Shown: positions 40,382 to 51,389, numbered from the stretch's first letter. The stretch is 64,000 nt of DNA from an uncultured bacterium (GCA_938036315.1 CALHPK010000001.1:144109-208108); one strand, 5' to 3'. Notes: generated by a model not told the origin, from the letters alone. Program-made: numbers and translations.

Positions 40382-40453
40382 AGGCTGTTAGCTCAGGGGA
40401 AGAGCACCGGCCTTTTAAGCCGGGGGTCGCGGGTTCAAATCCCGCACAGCCTA
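40382..40453 (+). tRNA. tRNA-Lys (anticodon UUU)
   Basis: Hand-folded with acceptor AGGCTGT/ACAGCCT, D-arm GCTC-AGGGGAA-GAGC, anticodon arm CCGGC-CTTTTAA-GCCGG, and T-arm GCGGG-TTCAAAT-CCCGC. There is no encoded CCA, and the 5' boundary is uncertain by 1-2 nt. Confidence 0.85.
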
Positions 40454-40463
40454 CAAATTTCAA

Positions 40464-41282
40464 GTGGAATTTACAACCTGGCTCCCAATTGTCATACTAG
40501 CAATATTCATACTTTCATCAGCAATAAAAATCTTACAGGAATACGAAAGAGGTGTCATCTTCAGACTCGGAAGACTAGCAGGGGTAAGAGGCCCCGGTCT
40601 TGTACTAATAATCCCACTTATAGATAAAATGGTGAAAGTATCTCTGAGAATAATAACCATGGATATAACTCCACAAGATGTCATAACAAAAGATAACGTC
40701 TCAATAAAGGTGAATGCAGTAGTTTATTTCAGAGTCGTAGATCCTGCAAAAGCAATAGTATCGGTCGAAAATTACATATATGCAACAAGCCAGCTAGCTC
40801 AAACCACACTAAGATCCGTCTGCGGTGAAGCGGAACTAGATGAACTTTTAGCACATCGAGAAAAGGTAAACACAAAAATCCAGTCTATACTTGATAGAAT
40901 GACTGAACCATGGGGAATAAAAATATCAGCGGTTGAAGTGAAACATATAGACCTACCAGAAGAAATGAGAAGAGCTATGGCAAGACAAGCAGAAGCAGAA
41001 AGAGAAAGAAGAGCCAAGATAACTCTAGCAGAAGCAGAACTCCAGGCTTCGCAAAAACTAAAAGAAGCAGCAGATACATTGGCTAAAAATCCAATAACCG
41101 TCCAACTGAGATTCCTGCAAACAGTAAGCGAACTTGCAACAGAAAAAACAGCAACGCTAATCCTCCCAATTCCTATAGAACTTCTGGGCTTCCTCAAACT
41201 CCCAATACAAGACCTGTTAAAACAAGAAAAACAACCAGAAGCCCTTCAAAAACCACAAGAACAAACAACACAACAAGGATGA
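40464..41282 (+). CDS. SPFH/band-7 (stomatin/prohibitin-like) membrane protein
   Basis: An N-terminal TM helix is followed by [11 protein letters not shown]...[13 protein letters not shown] and a coiled-coil tail with an AEAERER-type sequence. The track start GTG lies 11 nt after the tRNA. Confidence 0.8.
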   Translation: MEFTTWLPIVILAIFILSSAIKILQEYERGVIFRLGRLAGVRGPGLVLIIPLIDKMVKVSLRIITMDITPQDVITKDNVSIKVNAVVYFRVVDPAKAIVSVENYIYATSQLAQTTLRSVCGEAELDELLAHREKVNTKIQSILDRMTEPWGIKISAVEVKHIDLPEEMRRAMARQAEAERERRAKITLAEAELQASQKLKEAADTLAKNPITVQLRFLQTVSELATEKTATLILPIPIELLGFLKLPIQDLLKQEKQPEALQKPQEQTTQQG

Positions 41283-41359
41283 TAAAACTCAACTTAAATC
41301 AGCACCCCTATCATAACTCAAAATAAAACTTAGGCTTCTGATATTGCTAATTTATAAGT

Positions 41360-42487
41360 ATGCCTGGTCAAAACCCCAACAATAACTTCAGAAATAATTA
41401 CAAAGGACTTCCCGAACTGATCAGGCTCAGAGCAGAAATAGATAAAATTGACAACAAAATAGTATCACTAATCAACAAAAGGGCAAAAATAGCAAAAAAA
41501 ATTTATGAAATAAAAGCTAAAAACAACTTTGAAATTTTCGATGTTGAAAGAGAACACGAAAAAATTATACAGCTCTCATCACAAGCAGAACTTTTCCCCA
41601 AAAGCTCAATGGAGCAGGTTTTCCTTGAGATACTGTCCGGAACCAGAAAATTAGGAGGAGAAATCAAAGTGGGGTATCTCGGTCCAGAAGGAAGTTTCTC
41701 CCATGAGTCGGCATTGAGGATATTTGGAAGTGCCTCATCTTTCACGCCACTAAAAGGTATCGATGAAGTATTCAAGTCCGTTGCTGAAAATAAAGTTGAT
41801 TACGGTGTTATTCCCCTGGAGAATTCAAGAGATGGACTTGTAGGGGAGACACTCGACTCACTCATCGAATACACCACAAAGATAATTTATGAAGTATCTT
41901 TAGAAGTTTCTTTTGCTTTTCTATCTAAGCAAAAAAGCTTTGACAATATCAAAAGAATTTATTCGCATCCCAAGGCTGTCGCTCAATGTTCAAGATGGAT
42001 AAAGGAAAAATTCGGCAACACCGTCGAAATAGTTTACACTAACTCCACCTCAGAAGGGGCTAATAAAGCTGCAGAAGATGAATTTGCAGGCGCTATCGCT
42101 TCTGAAAAAATGGCAAAAATACTAGGACTTAATGTACTTGAAAGGCAAATTCAAGACTTCTGGGGAGGAAGAACAGATTTTATTGTCATCACCTCAAAAA
42201 ATAATATCCATTGTAAATTCAGCGGACACGATGTAAGGGTAGCTTTATGCTTCTCTGTAAATGATGAACCGGGAGCACTTCACAGAGCACTAACTCCATT
42301 TGCCAAATATAAAATAAATATGAAAAAAATCCACTCAAGACCAGATAAACACACGTCAAGATATAACTTTTTCGTTGAAGCCCAACTAAGTAACATCAAA
42401 AATTTTGAATTAGCTATACAAAAAGTGAAAAAGATATCGACTTTCTTCAAAGAATTCGGGAGATTCTATCACAGAGATATTTCCTGA
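41360..42487 (+). CDS. pheA: Bifunctional chorismate mutase / prephenate dehydratase
   Basis: The CM_2 domain (LRAEIDKIDNKIVSLINKRAKIAKKI), PDT domain (VGYLGPEGSFSHESA...ESRDGL) and C-terminal ACT domain are all present. Confidence 0.85.
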   Translation: MPGQNPNNNFRNNYKGLPELIRLRAEIDKIDNKIVSLINKRAKIAKKIYEIKAKNNFEIFDVEREHEKIIQLSSQAELFPKSSMEQVFLEILSGTRKLGGEIKVGYLGPEGSFSHESALRIFGSASSFTPLKGIDEVFKSVAENKVDYGVIPLENSRDGLVGETLDSLIEYTTKIIYEVSLEVSFAFLSKQKSFDNIKRIYSHPKAVAQCSRWIKEKFGNTVEIVYTNSTSEGANKAAEDEFAGAIASEKMAKILGLNVLERQIQDFWGGRTDFIVITSKNNIHCKFSGHDVRVALCFSVNDEPGALHRALTPFAKYKINMKKIHSRPDKHTSRYNFFVEAQLSNIKNFELAIQKVKKISTFFKEFGRFYHRDIS

Positions 42488-42489
42488 AT

Positions 42490-43986
42490 TCAGCTATTAC
42501 CTCCACAAGATGAATTAAAAAACTCTTGAACTACGCGGCGGTCAGAAAAATCCAGAACTTTATCGCCTACAATTTGATACTCTTCATGACCTTTACCAGC
42601 TATAAGAATTATGTCACCTCTTTCAGCTTCTTTCAGAGCTTTAAATATAGCCCTGCGCCTATCGAGTTCCACACAAACCTTCCCGTCATCATAACTATCT
42701 CCATTCCTTATCGTATTAATAACCTCCGGTATCTTGGTTCTTTCCATTATACCTACTAGTATATCTGCAACTATACTTGCAGGCTCTTCATCTCTGGGAT
42801 TATCTGATGTAATAAAAATCCTATCCGCCAGAGAAAAAGCTATTTTTCCCATCCTTGGTCTTTTTTCTTTATCACGAGACCCCCCACATCCAAAAACAAC
42901 AAAAACCTTTCCACCGAACCTATTTCCTTGATCCTTCAATCTTATACACTCACTTATCGAATTCTCAAGCGACTCCGGATTATGTGCGTAATCAACAAAA
43001 ACCCTTGGCGAATCCCACACAAGCTCCATTCTCCCAGGTGGAGGTTTTATCTCTTCAAAAAGATCTTTTATAAACCAAGGAGTAAATCCCAACTCTCTCA
43101 AAAGTATATAAGATGCTACAAAATTCACTCCGTTAAAATATCCGAAAAACTTAGGGATAAACTTAATACTTTCTGACTTCCATGTCAATTCAAATTTACC
43201 ATCGTGAAACTTTATATTGCTATGATCAAATGTGTAAACTTTAGCACCATATTTCTCATTGCTCAAAAGTTCAAAGGCTCTCTTACCCCACTCATCCTGA
43301 AAAATTATAATGATCTCCTTTGCTCTTTTTATAAAAGAGTATTTTGCCAAAAAATAATTTTCTACAGTCTTGTGAAAATCAAGGTGATCATGTCCCAATC
43401 CTAAGAAAATTGAAGCCAAAAATTCCAATTCATCAATCCTTCTCTGAACCACTGAGATCGAGGTAACTTCCATAGCAAAATATTCAAAATTGGATTGATT
43501 AACTATTCTCAGTGTATCCAAAACTTCAGGGGTTGTAAGCTTCCACCAAACTGAACCAATCGCGCCACACCTTATGCCAGCAAGAGCTAACGAATTGGAA
43601 ATTATCTTTACCGTTGATGTTTTACCTTTAGTGCCTGTGACACCTATAAGTTTTGCTTTTTGCTCACCCCAAAAATTCTTCGCAATCTTCGGCATTACCT
43701 CTCTACAATTTCTTACCTTCACGAAGGTAGCTTGAGGTAGATTTTTTCTTTCTCTTGCGACAAAGGCCGGATCATCAAGCACAAAGACATTGCATCCTGA
43801 AAAATATAGTCTTCTGACAAAAGAAGTGGCATCAAACTTTCCTCCTTTTATAGTGATAAAAGCTTTACCTTTATTCACCCTTTTTGAATCAATCTCGATC
43901 CCTGAAATAACCTCATCTGGGTTTCCGATAACCTCCGCATCTATGCCATATATAACGTCCCTGACCCTCTTCTCTACGCTTACCAT
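42490..43986 (-). CDS. murE: UDP-N-acetylmuramoyl-L-alanyl-D-glutamate--2,6-diaminopimelate ligase
   Basis: Mur ligase P-loop IGVTGTKGKTST, a C-terminal domain with the DNPR motif (ITSDNPRDEEP) that is typical of meso-DAP-adding MurE, and GKGHEEYQ. Confidence 0.75.
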   Translation of the reverse strand: MVSVEKRVRDVIYGIDAEVIGNPDEVISGIEIDSKRVNKGKAFITIKGGKFDATSFVRRLYFSGCNVFVLDDPAFVARERKNLPQATFVKVRNCREVMPKIAKNFWGEQKAKLIGVTGTKGKTSTVKIISNSLALAGIRCGAIGSVWWKLTTPEVLDTLRIVNQSNFEYFAMEVTSISVVQRRIDELEFLASIFLGLGHDHLDFHKTVENYFLAKYSFIKRAKEIIIIFQDEWGKRAFELLSNEKYGAKVYTFDHSNIKFHDGKFELTWKSESIKFIPKFFGYFNGVNFVASYILLRELGFTPWFIKDLFEEIKPPPGRMELVWDSPRVFVDYAHNPESLENSISECIRLKDQGNRFGGKVFVVFGCGGSRDKEKRPRMGKIAFSLADRIFITSDNPRDEEPASIVADILVGIMERTKIPEVINTIRNGDSYDDGKVCVELDRRRAIFKALKEAERGDIILIAGKGHEEYQIVGDKVLDFSDRRVVQEFFNSSCGGNS

Positions 43987-44316
43987 ACTCCCACTATATT
44001 ACATATGCCCTGTCAACCCCTTGTACCTATCGCTCTTTCCAATTATATTTCAATTATAAAACACTATAAATCTTTTCAATCTTTACCAAACTGCCAAGTA
44101 ATTATCTGAGTTTCGAATTTATCGATTCAATTACTCGAATATCAAATTTATCAATCCTCTCTTAAACTTTTTCTGCTTACAGCCCCACGGATTAAACTTT
44201 TATCGTGGAATCAAATCAGCTCTGCTGATAAACTACGAGCTTGAGCGAATCTTATTTATTCCTCGCTTTTACAAATATTACACCAATGCTTTTACTATAC
44301 TTAAACTGTACTTGAT

Positions 44317-45090
44317 ATGTCTGTAATAACTTGCAAGACACAGTTTTTCATTTTTATAGGTAGCTTCTCTTTATTAGCTCTGGCTACCTCGTGCGCCAAG
44401 GAAATAAAAGGAGCCGGGAGCGCATCCCTCTCCTTAGCTGCATATGAAGTATCAGCTCCTCCCACTACTGAATTTCTTTTCCAGAAAAAAGGTCTCAGGT
44501 TCGGGCTTGGAGCATCTAACCTTCGCCCTTTTTTGGTCTTAGGATATGTAGGTGAAAAATTCGGAGTGGGAATGGGACTAGGAGGTCTCACCCACAGTGG
44601 GTTAAAATCTTCTTACTCTGTGGGCGTAGGAGATATATCCTTCATTCATAGAACTTTAAGTGCCGAAAGGTCACTCCTTGGACTTGGAGGGGGATTGGGC
44701 GGGGCGCTTGCGAAAGATTACAATTTTTCCGAACAAGGCAAAACTCATCATCTCAGAGAACTCCATGGATACGGACTCTTCCATCTGGCATACTCTCCAA
44801 TGAATTCAAAGATGACTTTATTCTTCGCCTTCAAAATCGGCGCTTACCTTATTAGCTCTACTTATCTAAGGGACCAGGCTGAGAAGCTAAAAAATGAAGA
44901 TCCATACATTAGAGTAAAAGAAACTTTCAGTGGATTTCTTTTTGGCCCCACATTTGGAATGCAGTTCAGCATAATAGAAAATAAAGCACTCTTATCATTT
45001 AATTTGAGTATACCTTTAAGCTCCGCCCTATTTGTTGAACCAGATCTACATCCTTACGTCCCATCTTTAAACTTTGTTTTAGTCTACTGA
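44317..45090 (+). CDS. Putative Gly-rich lipoprotein / outer-membrane-like protein
   Basis: Signal peptide plus lipobox-like LALATSC. Gly-rich alternating segments run through the body and the C-terminus is aromatic (LVY). No family was assigned. Confidence 0.4.
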   Translation: MSVITCKTQFFIFIGSFSLLALATSCAKEIKGAGSASLSLAAYEVSAPPTTEFLFQKKGLRFGLGASNLRPFLVLGYVGEKFGVGMGLGGLTHSGLKSSYSVGVGDISFIHRTLSAERSLLGLGGGLGGALAKDYNFSEQGKTHHLRELHGYGLFHLAYSPMNSKMTLFFAFKIGAYLISSTYLRDQAEKLKNEDPYIRVKETFSGFLFGPTFGMQFSIIENKALLSFNLSIPLSSALFVEPDLHPYVPSLNFVLVY

Positions 45091-45117
45091 TCGAATTCCA
45101 ACTATGTTCATACTCTA

Positions 45118-46209
45118 TCAATGATATTTTTTCCTTTCAAGCCTTGCCTTAACTTCTCTGAGCATCTCTTTCTCTTCTCTTGACAGATTTTTCGGCGAGA
45201 CAACTTTTACAGTAAGGTAAAGATTTCCACGAGTCCCATCTTTTCTTGGTAACCCTGCGTCTTTGAGCCTGAGCACCAAACCGGAATCCGTTCCTTCTGG
45301 GATCTTAACTCTAAGCCCCGAACCATCGGGCAAAACAAATTCAACCTCATCCCCTAAAATGGCAGATAAAGAATCAACCTGAATTTCAGATATAAGATCA
45401 TCACCCTGAATAGTAAATCGCGGATCAGGAATTACCTTCACAACAAAATCTATATCGCCATAAGTGATTACATCTCCCTCCCTTGTACCTCGTGGAATCC
45501 TAAGCTTTATTTTTTCATATTCTGACTCAAACCCCCTACCTGAGCACTTCGAACAAGGCTTCATTTCCTTTCCATATCCTCTACACTGTGGACAAGTCTG
45601 ACTGAAAGTGAAAAATCCTTTGGAAAATCCTACCATACCTTTACCACCGCATCGTTTACACACAGCTACCTCTACTTGCCCCATTCCTCCGCACTTTTTA
45701 CATTCCTTCCTCAACTCTACGTCAATTTCTCTCTCAACATCTCTACCAGAGTATACCTCCCTCAGGGGTAGCTCAATCAGAATTGCTCTCCTCTCTTCAA
45801 AAATCTTCTTTTTTCCTCTGGCTCTTTTAGAACTTCTGGTACCAAATATATCTTCAAAAAATTCTGAAAAGCCCCCCATAAAATCCTTGCCGAAAACCTG
45901 ATTTATGAAATCCTCAAAACTTGTTGTTGTAAAGTCATATTGCTGAGCCCCAAAATCTGCCCCAACACCCCCAGCTCTTAATCCCTCCCTTCCATACATA
46001 TCATATATCTTTCTTTTTTCTGGATCAGAAAGTACCTGGTAAGCTTCATTGATCTCCTTAAATTTTTCTTCCGCTTCCTTTTTTTTCTCTGGGGGGACAC
46101 GATCAGGGTGCCATTTTTTAGCAAGCTCCCAGAACGCCTTCTTTATCTCCTCTTGAGACGCATTACGAGAAACCCCGAGAATCTCATAATAGTCCCTTCC
46201 ATCCCGCAT
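45118..46209 (-). CDS. dnaJ: Molecular chaperone DnaJ
   Basis: J-domain [31 protein letters not shown], a G/F region, four CxxCxGxG zinc-finger repeats and a C-terminal domain. Confidence 0.9.
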   Translation of the reverse strand: MRDGRDYYEILGVSRNASQEEIKKAFWELAKKWHPDRVPPEKKKEAEEKFKEINEAYQVLSDPEKRKIYDMYGREGLRAGGVGADFGAQQYDFTTTSFEDFINQVFGKDFMGGFSEFFEDIFGTRSSKRARGKKKIFEERRAILIELPLREVYSGRDVEREIDVELRKECKKCGGMGQVEVAVCKRCGGKGMVGFSKGFFTFSQTCPQCRGYGKEMKPCSKCSGRGFESEYEKIKLRIPRGTREGDVITYGDIDFVVKVIPDPRFTIQGDDLISEIQVDSLSAILGDEVEFVLPDGSGLRVKIPEGTDSGLVLRLKDAGLPRKDGTRGNLYLTVKVVSPKNLSREEKEMLREVKARLERKKYH

Positions 46210-46268
46210 ATCAGTCGATGTTAATAAATTTAATAAATATTACCGCCCCATATAATTGTTTCAACTTT

Positions 46269-46955
46269 TTACTCAATCTGAGGGAAAATAATCACAGTTA
46301 TTTCACCTTTAATACTACCCCTTTTCTGAAGCTCCTGAGTGATATCTCCTATTTTCCCAAGGATATATTCTTCATAAAGTTTTGTCATCTCCCTGCCGAA
46401 AAACAAGGGTATATCACCGAACACTTTCTTAACAATAATCAAGGTATCAATCACTCTATGAGGGGATTCAAAAAAGACCACAGCTGGGATGAAATCGAAT
46501 TTTTCTATCCCTTCCTTTATTTTTCTGAAAAAATTTTCTCTTCCATTCTTTGGGGGGAATCCCACGAATAAATATCTATTAGTAGGCATACCGCACACAG
46601 ATAAAGCGCAAGTGAGAGCAGATACGCCGGGAATAGGGATAACCTTTATCCCTTTGCTGATGCAGGTTCTCACGAGGTACCCACCTGGATCAGAGATCGC
46701 CGGAGTTCCTGCTGAAACGATCAGTACAGCATCCTTATCTTTTATTTCTTCTGCCACTTTCTCACTTTTCTGCTTTTCAACAGGGGCTGGGAGATAGATT
46801 ATCTTTTTACTTCGCACACCAAGATGTCTCAGAAGTCTTAGGGCTCTTTCCTTATTTTCACATATCACAACTTCAGCTGAAGAAAGGACCTTTTTTGCCC
46901 TTTCTGTAATATCTTCAAGATTACCTATTGGTGTTGCAACTACAAAAAGAGGCAC
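46269..46955 (-). CDS. rsmI: 16S rRNA (cytidine1402-2'-O)-methyltransferase
   Basis: LFVVATPIGNLEDITERAKKVLSSAEVVICE is the tetrapyrrole-methylase-fold RsmI N-terminal signature. Confidence 0.85.
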   Translation of the reverse strand: MPLFVVATPIGNLEDITERAKKVLSSAEVVICENKERALRLLRHLGVRSKKIIYLPAPVEKQKSEKVAEEIKDKDAVLIVSAGTPAISDPGGYLVRTCISKGIKVIPIPGVSALTCALSVCGMPTNRYLFVGFPPKNGRENFFRKIKEGIEKFDFIPAVVFFESPHRVIDTLIIVKKVFGDIPLFFGREMTKLYEEYILGKIGDITQELQKRGSIKGEITVIIFPQIE

Positions 46956-46957
46956 AT

Positions 46958-47668
46958 CTATTTCCTCTTTCTCCTGAAAATCGAATTTACATCTACCTTG
47001 ACCCCTGGACTATGCGTTGTTGACAAAGTAATACTCTTTATAAATTGCCCCTTAGCTGTAGGAGGTTTCATCTTCATAATTGTCTTTATGAAGCTTTCAA
47101 CATTTTCAACTAACTTTTCAATCTCCCATGATATTTTCCCACAAGGTATATGGACACATCCTGTCTTATCTGTTTTGAACTCAACCAGACCCATCTTTGC
47201 ATCCTGGACAGCTTTCTTGACATCATTTGTTAATGTTCCGGCCTTGGGATTTGGCATAAGTCCACGGGGTCCGAGAATTTTTCCAGCTTTAGCCAGCTCT
47301 CCCATCATATCAGGTGTAGCTATAATAACGTCAAACGGTGGGACTTCTTTTTTCTCTATTATCTCTTTGATATATGACTCATCTTTCACTTCATCTGCTC
47401 CAGCTTCGATAGCTTCTTTCGCCCTCTCCCCTTTTGCAAACACAAGTATTTTTACCTTTTTCCCTGTCCCATAAGGCAAAACAACACTCCCCCTTACAGC
47501 TTGATCTGTTCTCTTCGGATCTATCCCAAGTTTTACAGCTACTTCACAGGTTTCATCAAAATTCCTCTTCATACTCTTGAGAACCTGTAGGGCTTCCTCT
47601 ACAGTATATCTTTTTGATCTGTCCAAAACTTTGATATTCTCTAGATATCTTTTACCCCTGCTTCCCAT
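46958..47668 (-). CDS. rplA: 50S ribosomal protein L1
   Basis: KRYLENIKVLDRSKRYTVEEALQVLKS...VAVKLGIDPKRTDQAVRGSVVLPYGTGK...GPRGLMPNPKAGT. The conserved start (MGSRGKRY) is internal within track ORF 46958-47746. No rplK lies upstream; a GT4 gene is there instead. Confidence 0.88.
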   Translation of the reverse strand: MGSRGKRYLENIKVLDRSKRYTVEEALQVLKSMKRNFDETCEVAVKLGIDPKRTDQAVRGSVVLPYGTGKKVKILVFAKGERAKEAIEAGADEVKDESYIKEIIEKKEVPPFDVIIATPDMMGELAKAGKILGPRGLMPNPKAGTLTNDVKKAVQDAKMGLVEFKTDKTGCVHIPCGKISWEIEKLVENVESFIKTIMKMKPPTAKGQFIKSITLSTTHSPGVKVDVNSIFRRKRK

Positions 47669-47742
47669 AGGCAGAATTATAATTTTCAGCCAAACATCTT
47701 TTGCATTTAGCTGAAAAATCCTTTCCACACCCTTTGGTACCA

Positions 47743-48951
47743 TCACTCCCCACTTTCTGAATAATTCCTACTTTCTGACCTTATCTTAATGGCCGTTTTA
47801 TATACCTTCATAAGATTTTCATAGGCAACCCGCTCCGAATACTTTGTATCAAATTCTTTCCTACAATTTACTCCCCATTTTTTAAGTAGATCCTTATTAC
47901 CTACGGCGAATTTTACTTTGCTAACAATATCATCAGGATTCGGCTTGAAAATAAGCCCAGTTTCCCCATCTTTTATGATCTCCGGAATCGCCCCTAAATT
48001 GCTACCCAAAGCAGGAGTCCCAACAGCATATGATTCTATAATGACTCTTCCAAAAGTTTCATTCACCACTGAAGGTAGTATCACAAACAAAGCTTTTTTC
48101 ATATGTGCGATAACATCTGGGAAAGAAGTAAATCCAACATACTCAACGCTTTTTAAATATTTTGCCTTCTGGATTACATACTCTCTCATTGGACCATCTC
48201 CCACTATCTTCAATGGAACAAATTCTCCTGATTTTTCGAGTCTCTCCCAAGCTGAAAGAAGAATCCTCAATCCCTTCTCTTGGCTCAACCTACCAACAAA
48301 CAAAGCAAATTCTCTATTATCCCCACCAACCTCAATTTCCCCAGAAACAAAATTAGGTCTTACAAATATTCTCTCTTTCGGGATTCCAATCCCCGCAATT
48401 TTACCCCTCAAGAACTCAGACGGAGTAGTGAATAATTCTACCTTACTCAGCCATGTTTTTAACTTTCTATGCACAAAGATCATAAGAGAAACAGGAAGAG
48501 TCATCATTCTTGAGTTGCGGTAACATCCATAAAAAATGCTCCAGAGCAAATTTTTTGTGCATAACTCACACATTTTATTATCCCTGAAAAACAACCCGTT
48601 AGAACAAATCATTCTATATGTGTGTATGGTCAAAACAACTGGGACCCCAGACTTCCTCGCAGCATAGAAAACAGATGGCGACACCAAAGGGAAAAAATTG
48701 TGAACATGAATCACATCTGGCCTAAAGTTCCTGATCAGATACGAAATCTCTTTAAAAGTAGATGGTGACCATGTTGGAATCATCAAAAGACTAAATTTTT
48801 TCAAAATATTATACTGTTTGATCTCATCGTTATGTCTGAAATAAGGTAAAACCTCAAACCCATATTTTTTCAGTAGCTCATAGTCTTGCTCTGCACACTG
48901 ATCCTCTCCCCCTCTTCTCTGATAAAAATTATGAACAAAAATGACTCTCAT
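47743..48951 (-). CDS. Glycosyltransferase family 4 (GT-B fold)
   Basis: N-terminal MRVIFVHNFYQRRGGED, the EX7E-like region VGRLSQEKG, and C-terminal GT1-type motifs. Confidence 0.8.
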   Translation of the reverse strand: MRVIFVHNFYQRRGGEDQCAEQDYELLKKYGFEVLPYFRHNDEIKQYNILKKFSLLMIPTWSPSTFKEISYLIRNFRPDVIHVHNFFPLVSPSVFYAARKSGVPVVLTIHTYRMICSNGLFFRDNKMCELCTKNLLWSIFYGCYRNSRMMTLPVSLMIFVHRKLKTWLSKVELFTTPSEFLRGKIAGIGIPKERIFVRPNFVSGEIEVGGDNREFALFVGRLSQEKGLRILLSAWERLEKSGEFVPLKIVGDGPMREYVIQKAKYLKSVEYVGFTSFPDVIAHMKKALFVILPSVVNETFGRVIIESYAVGTPALGSNLGAIPEIIKDGETGLIFKPNPDDIVSKVKFAVGNKDLLKKWGVNCRKEFDTKYSERVAYENLMKVYKTAIKIRSESRNYSESGE

Positions 48952-49290
48952 AACTCAAAATTAATTCGCCAAGATATATCAAAACTAAACTTACGGACTC
49001 AAATCCCACAGAAGTTAGTATCATAATCCAAAATAAATACGCTCTCGTGAAAAATTCAGGATACGGGATTTAGTAAATGAGAATATCAGGTGTATCTCTT
49101 ACATCTCAAATCTCACCTCCGAGCGAGAGAGAAATCCGATTGTGAGATGAAATGCCGGTACTGATAGGAAGTGGTAGGAGATTTTGTGAAGGGAAATTTC
49201 TTTGAATCTATGCGTAAATATAAATAGCAGAAAATTATGGATTTCCAAAATTTTCTTCGTAATCTGACAAACCACTAATCTTTTTCAAGT

Positions 49291-50481
49291 ATGAGCGGTG
49301 TATCACGTGAAAGTAGTGCATTGATGAAGTTAAAGAGTAAAGCTGTAGATATTATAGAAGAGAAGCAGTTAGAAGATCTTTTAAATAGCGGGAAAAAACT
49401 TAGAATAAAAATAGGTATAGATCCTACAGCCCCACTTGTGCACATAGGACATCTGGTTCTCATCCTCAAAATAAGAGAATTCCAAGAGCTTGGACATCAG
49501 GCGTATGTTATAGTCGGAGATTTTACAGCAAAAGTTGGTGATCCCTCCGGGAGAAGCTCTTTACGCCCCAGACTATCCGATGAAGAGATAGAGGAAAACA
49601 CCAAAATAATAATGGAGAAATTTCTCAGATTTCTCGATAAAAACAGAACCCAGATCTACTTTAACTCAGATTGGCTATCAAACATAAACCTGTCACAAAT
49701 TATTGATCTATCTTCAAAAGTGACCGTTTCACAAATTCTCGGGAGAGATGACTTCAGGAAGAGGCAGGAAGAAGGTAAACCCTTATATGTACACGAGTTT
49801 TTGTATCCTCTACTTCAAGCGTACGATTCAGTTGTTATAAAAGCTGACATAGAACTTGGAGGGACAGACCAGCTTTTCAATCTTTTGCTTGGCAGAGAAA
49901 TGATGAAAAGCTTCGGGCTACCCCCGCAGGTGTGTATAACCTTACCACTACTTGAAGGTTTAGATGGGAAGCTCAAAATGTCAAAATCTTATGGAAATTA
50001 CATATCGGTAGACGACAAAGCGGAAGATATATATGGCAAAATTATGGGAATACCAGATGAGCTTATAACAAAATATGCCAAACTTCTTTGTAATTTTGAA
50101 GAGAAAGAGATAGAAGAATTAAAGAAAATCCATCCCTTTGAAGCGAAATCAGAAGTTGCACTCAGAATAACAGAACTTCTGAAAGGTAAAGAGGAAGCAG
50201 AAAAAGCCCACCAGTGGTTCAATAAAGTTATAAGAATGAGAGGTACCCCAGATGAAATTCCAGAGTTTGAAGTAAGTTATGGGACAATACTCCAAAAAGT
50301 TTTGAAAGAACTCGGAGTAGTCAAGAGTGTGTCAGAAGCAACAAGACTTACAGAATCTGGGGGGATCTATATAAATGGAGAACAAGTAAAAGAGAAATTA
50401 TATCAACTCAAAAAGGGTGAGTATGTGGTTAGAGTTGGGAAGACAAAATTTATAAAGCTAAGGGTAAAAGAAGATTCATAA
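49291..50481 (+). CDS. tyrS: Tyrosine--tRNA ligase
   Basis: HIGH-type motif (PLVHIGHLV), KMSKS, and a C-terminal S4-like domain. Confidence 0.92.
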   Translation: MSGVSRESSALMKLKSKAVDIIEEKQLEDLLNSGKKLRIKIGIDPTAPLVHIGHLVLILKIREFQELGHQAYVIVGDFTAKVGDPSGRSSLRPRLSDEEIEENTKIIMEKFLRFLDKNRTQIYFNSDWLSNINLSQIIDLSSKVTVSQILGRDDFRKRQEEGKPLYVHEFLYPLLQAYDSVVIKADIELGGTDQLFNLLLGREMMKSFGLPPQVCITLPLLEGLDGKLKMSKSYGNYISVDDKAEDIYGKIMGIPDELITKYAKLLCNFEEKEIEELKKIHPFEAKSEVALRITELLKGKEEAEKAHQWFNKVIRMRGTPDEIPEFEVSYGTILQKVLKELGVVKSVSEATRLTESGGIYINGEQVKEKLYQLKKGEYVVRVGKTKFIKLRVKEDS

Positions 50482-51366
50482 GATAACGAGATGGAAAGTA
50501 TCTTTTATATTGTCTATAACACATATAATGTCCTCACAAACTTTGCCTACATAATCTTTATCATCTTTTAGTTCGAGAAATTCAAAAGCTTTAGGGTCGA
50601 TAGCGTAAAGCATACTGTCAAGTGGTGCAGCCTCTCCTATTTGCATAGCAACTACATCACCCAAATGCACACAGCTTATAACCTTAGACAATATTCCACC
50701 TTTGTCATACTCGGAGGGAACAGGATAATACTCAACAGCAACAATCAGGTCTTGAGGGACACCCATTTTTTTGAGAACAAATGAAGCCATCTGGCTATGA
50801 GATAGTCCTAAAACCTTTCTTGTAGCGTGATGGAAAGAAATCTTATTCTCTCTGACCTCCTTCAAAATTCTATTTATTACACCCCCCTCCATATAATCTA
50901 AAATTAATCTTCCCATAGTTCTCAGTACTGAAGCTGTAAACACTATGTCGCTTACAAATTTAATATCTGCAATCTCTGCAAACTTAACTGATGCATAAGC
51001 TCCAATAAGCGAAAACAGGGCAAGCTCGCCCGCCTTTAATCTAAAATTCTTGAGCTCTTTTTGAGAAATCCTTTTTGACCACGCCGCAACCACTAACCTC
51101 AACAGAGATTTTGTCCCCAAAACCACAACTGCCTGCTCCAAAGATTTTATCTCTCTAGAAAATCCATAATATGCAGAATTAACCATCCGTAATGTGTCCG
51201 CTGCAAGAATCGGATCCTTTGCAAGCTCACGCGCAATATCTGGAACAGAAACTGTATCACTATTGAGCATATTTATAAGCTTCCTAACATGCTCTGGATA
51301 AGGAATAACTTTATCAGCTATCTGATCCAAATAGGAGAAAATATCTCTTTTCACCTCGGCTTCCAT
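50476..51366 (-). CDS. HDOD-domain signalling protein
   Basis: VSVPDIARELAKDPILAADTLRMVNSAYYGFSREIKSLEQAVVVLG is the HDOD signature. The start is taken at the internal MEAEV, because the longer track ORF overlaps the upstream cheD by 43 nt. Confidence 0.7.
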   Translation of the reverse strand: MEAEVKRDIFSYLDQIADKVIPYPEHVRKLINMLNSDTVSVPDIARELAKDPILAADTLRMVNSAYYGFSREIKSLEQAVVVLGTKSLLRLVVAAWSKRISQKELKNFRLKAGELALFSLIGAYASVKFAEIADIKFVSDIVFTASVLRTMGRLILDYMEGGVINRILKEVRENKISFHHATRKVLGLSHSQMASFVLKKMGVPQDLIVAVEYYPVPSEYDKGGILSKVISCVHLGDVVAMQIGEAAPLDSMLYAIDPKAFEFLELKDDKDYVGKVCEDIICVIDNIKDTFHLVIL

Positions 51367-51389
51367 CAGGAGCACCTCCGAACTTCTTC

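Noticed and set aside
40376-40627. 83-aa ORF MVRLLAQGKSTG…
   Set aside because: It overlaps tRNA-Lys and runs into the SPFH gene in another frame. It is spurious.
44100-44260. Possible DnaA-box cluster / replication origin (cgaatttatcga, tttatcaat, ttatcgtgg)
   Set aside because: The matches to TTATCCACA are weak and few. There is no dnaA, dnaN or an AT-rich unwinding element in the expected arrangement.
46958-47746. Longer track ORFs for rplA, rpsH (30094), rpsZ (29846), rpmB (28651), HDOD (to 51432) and the enoyl-CoA hydratase (to 40329)
   Set aside because: The N-terminal extensions in the longest-ORF calls are not conserved in these families. Internal Met codons matching the family N-termini were used instead.
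48960-49290. T-box riboswitch upstream of tyrS
   Set aside because: I looked for the AGGGUGGNACCGCG-like T-box core and a Tyr specifier. No convincing match was found by eye, so only a generic structured leader is reported.
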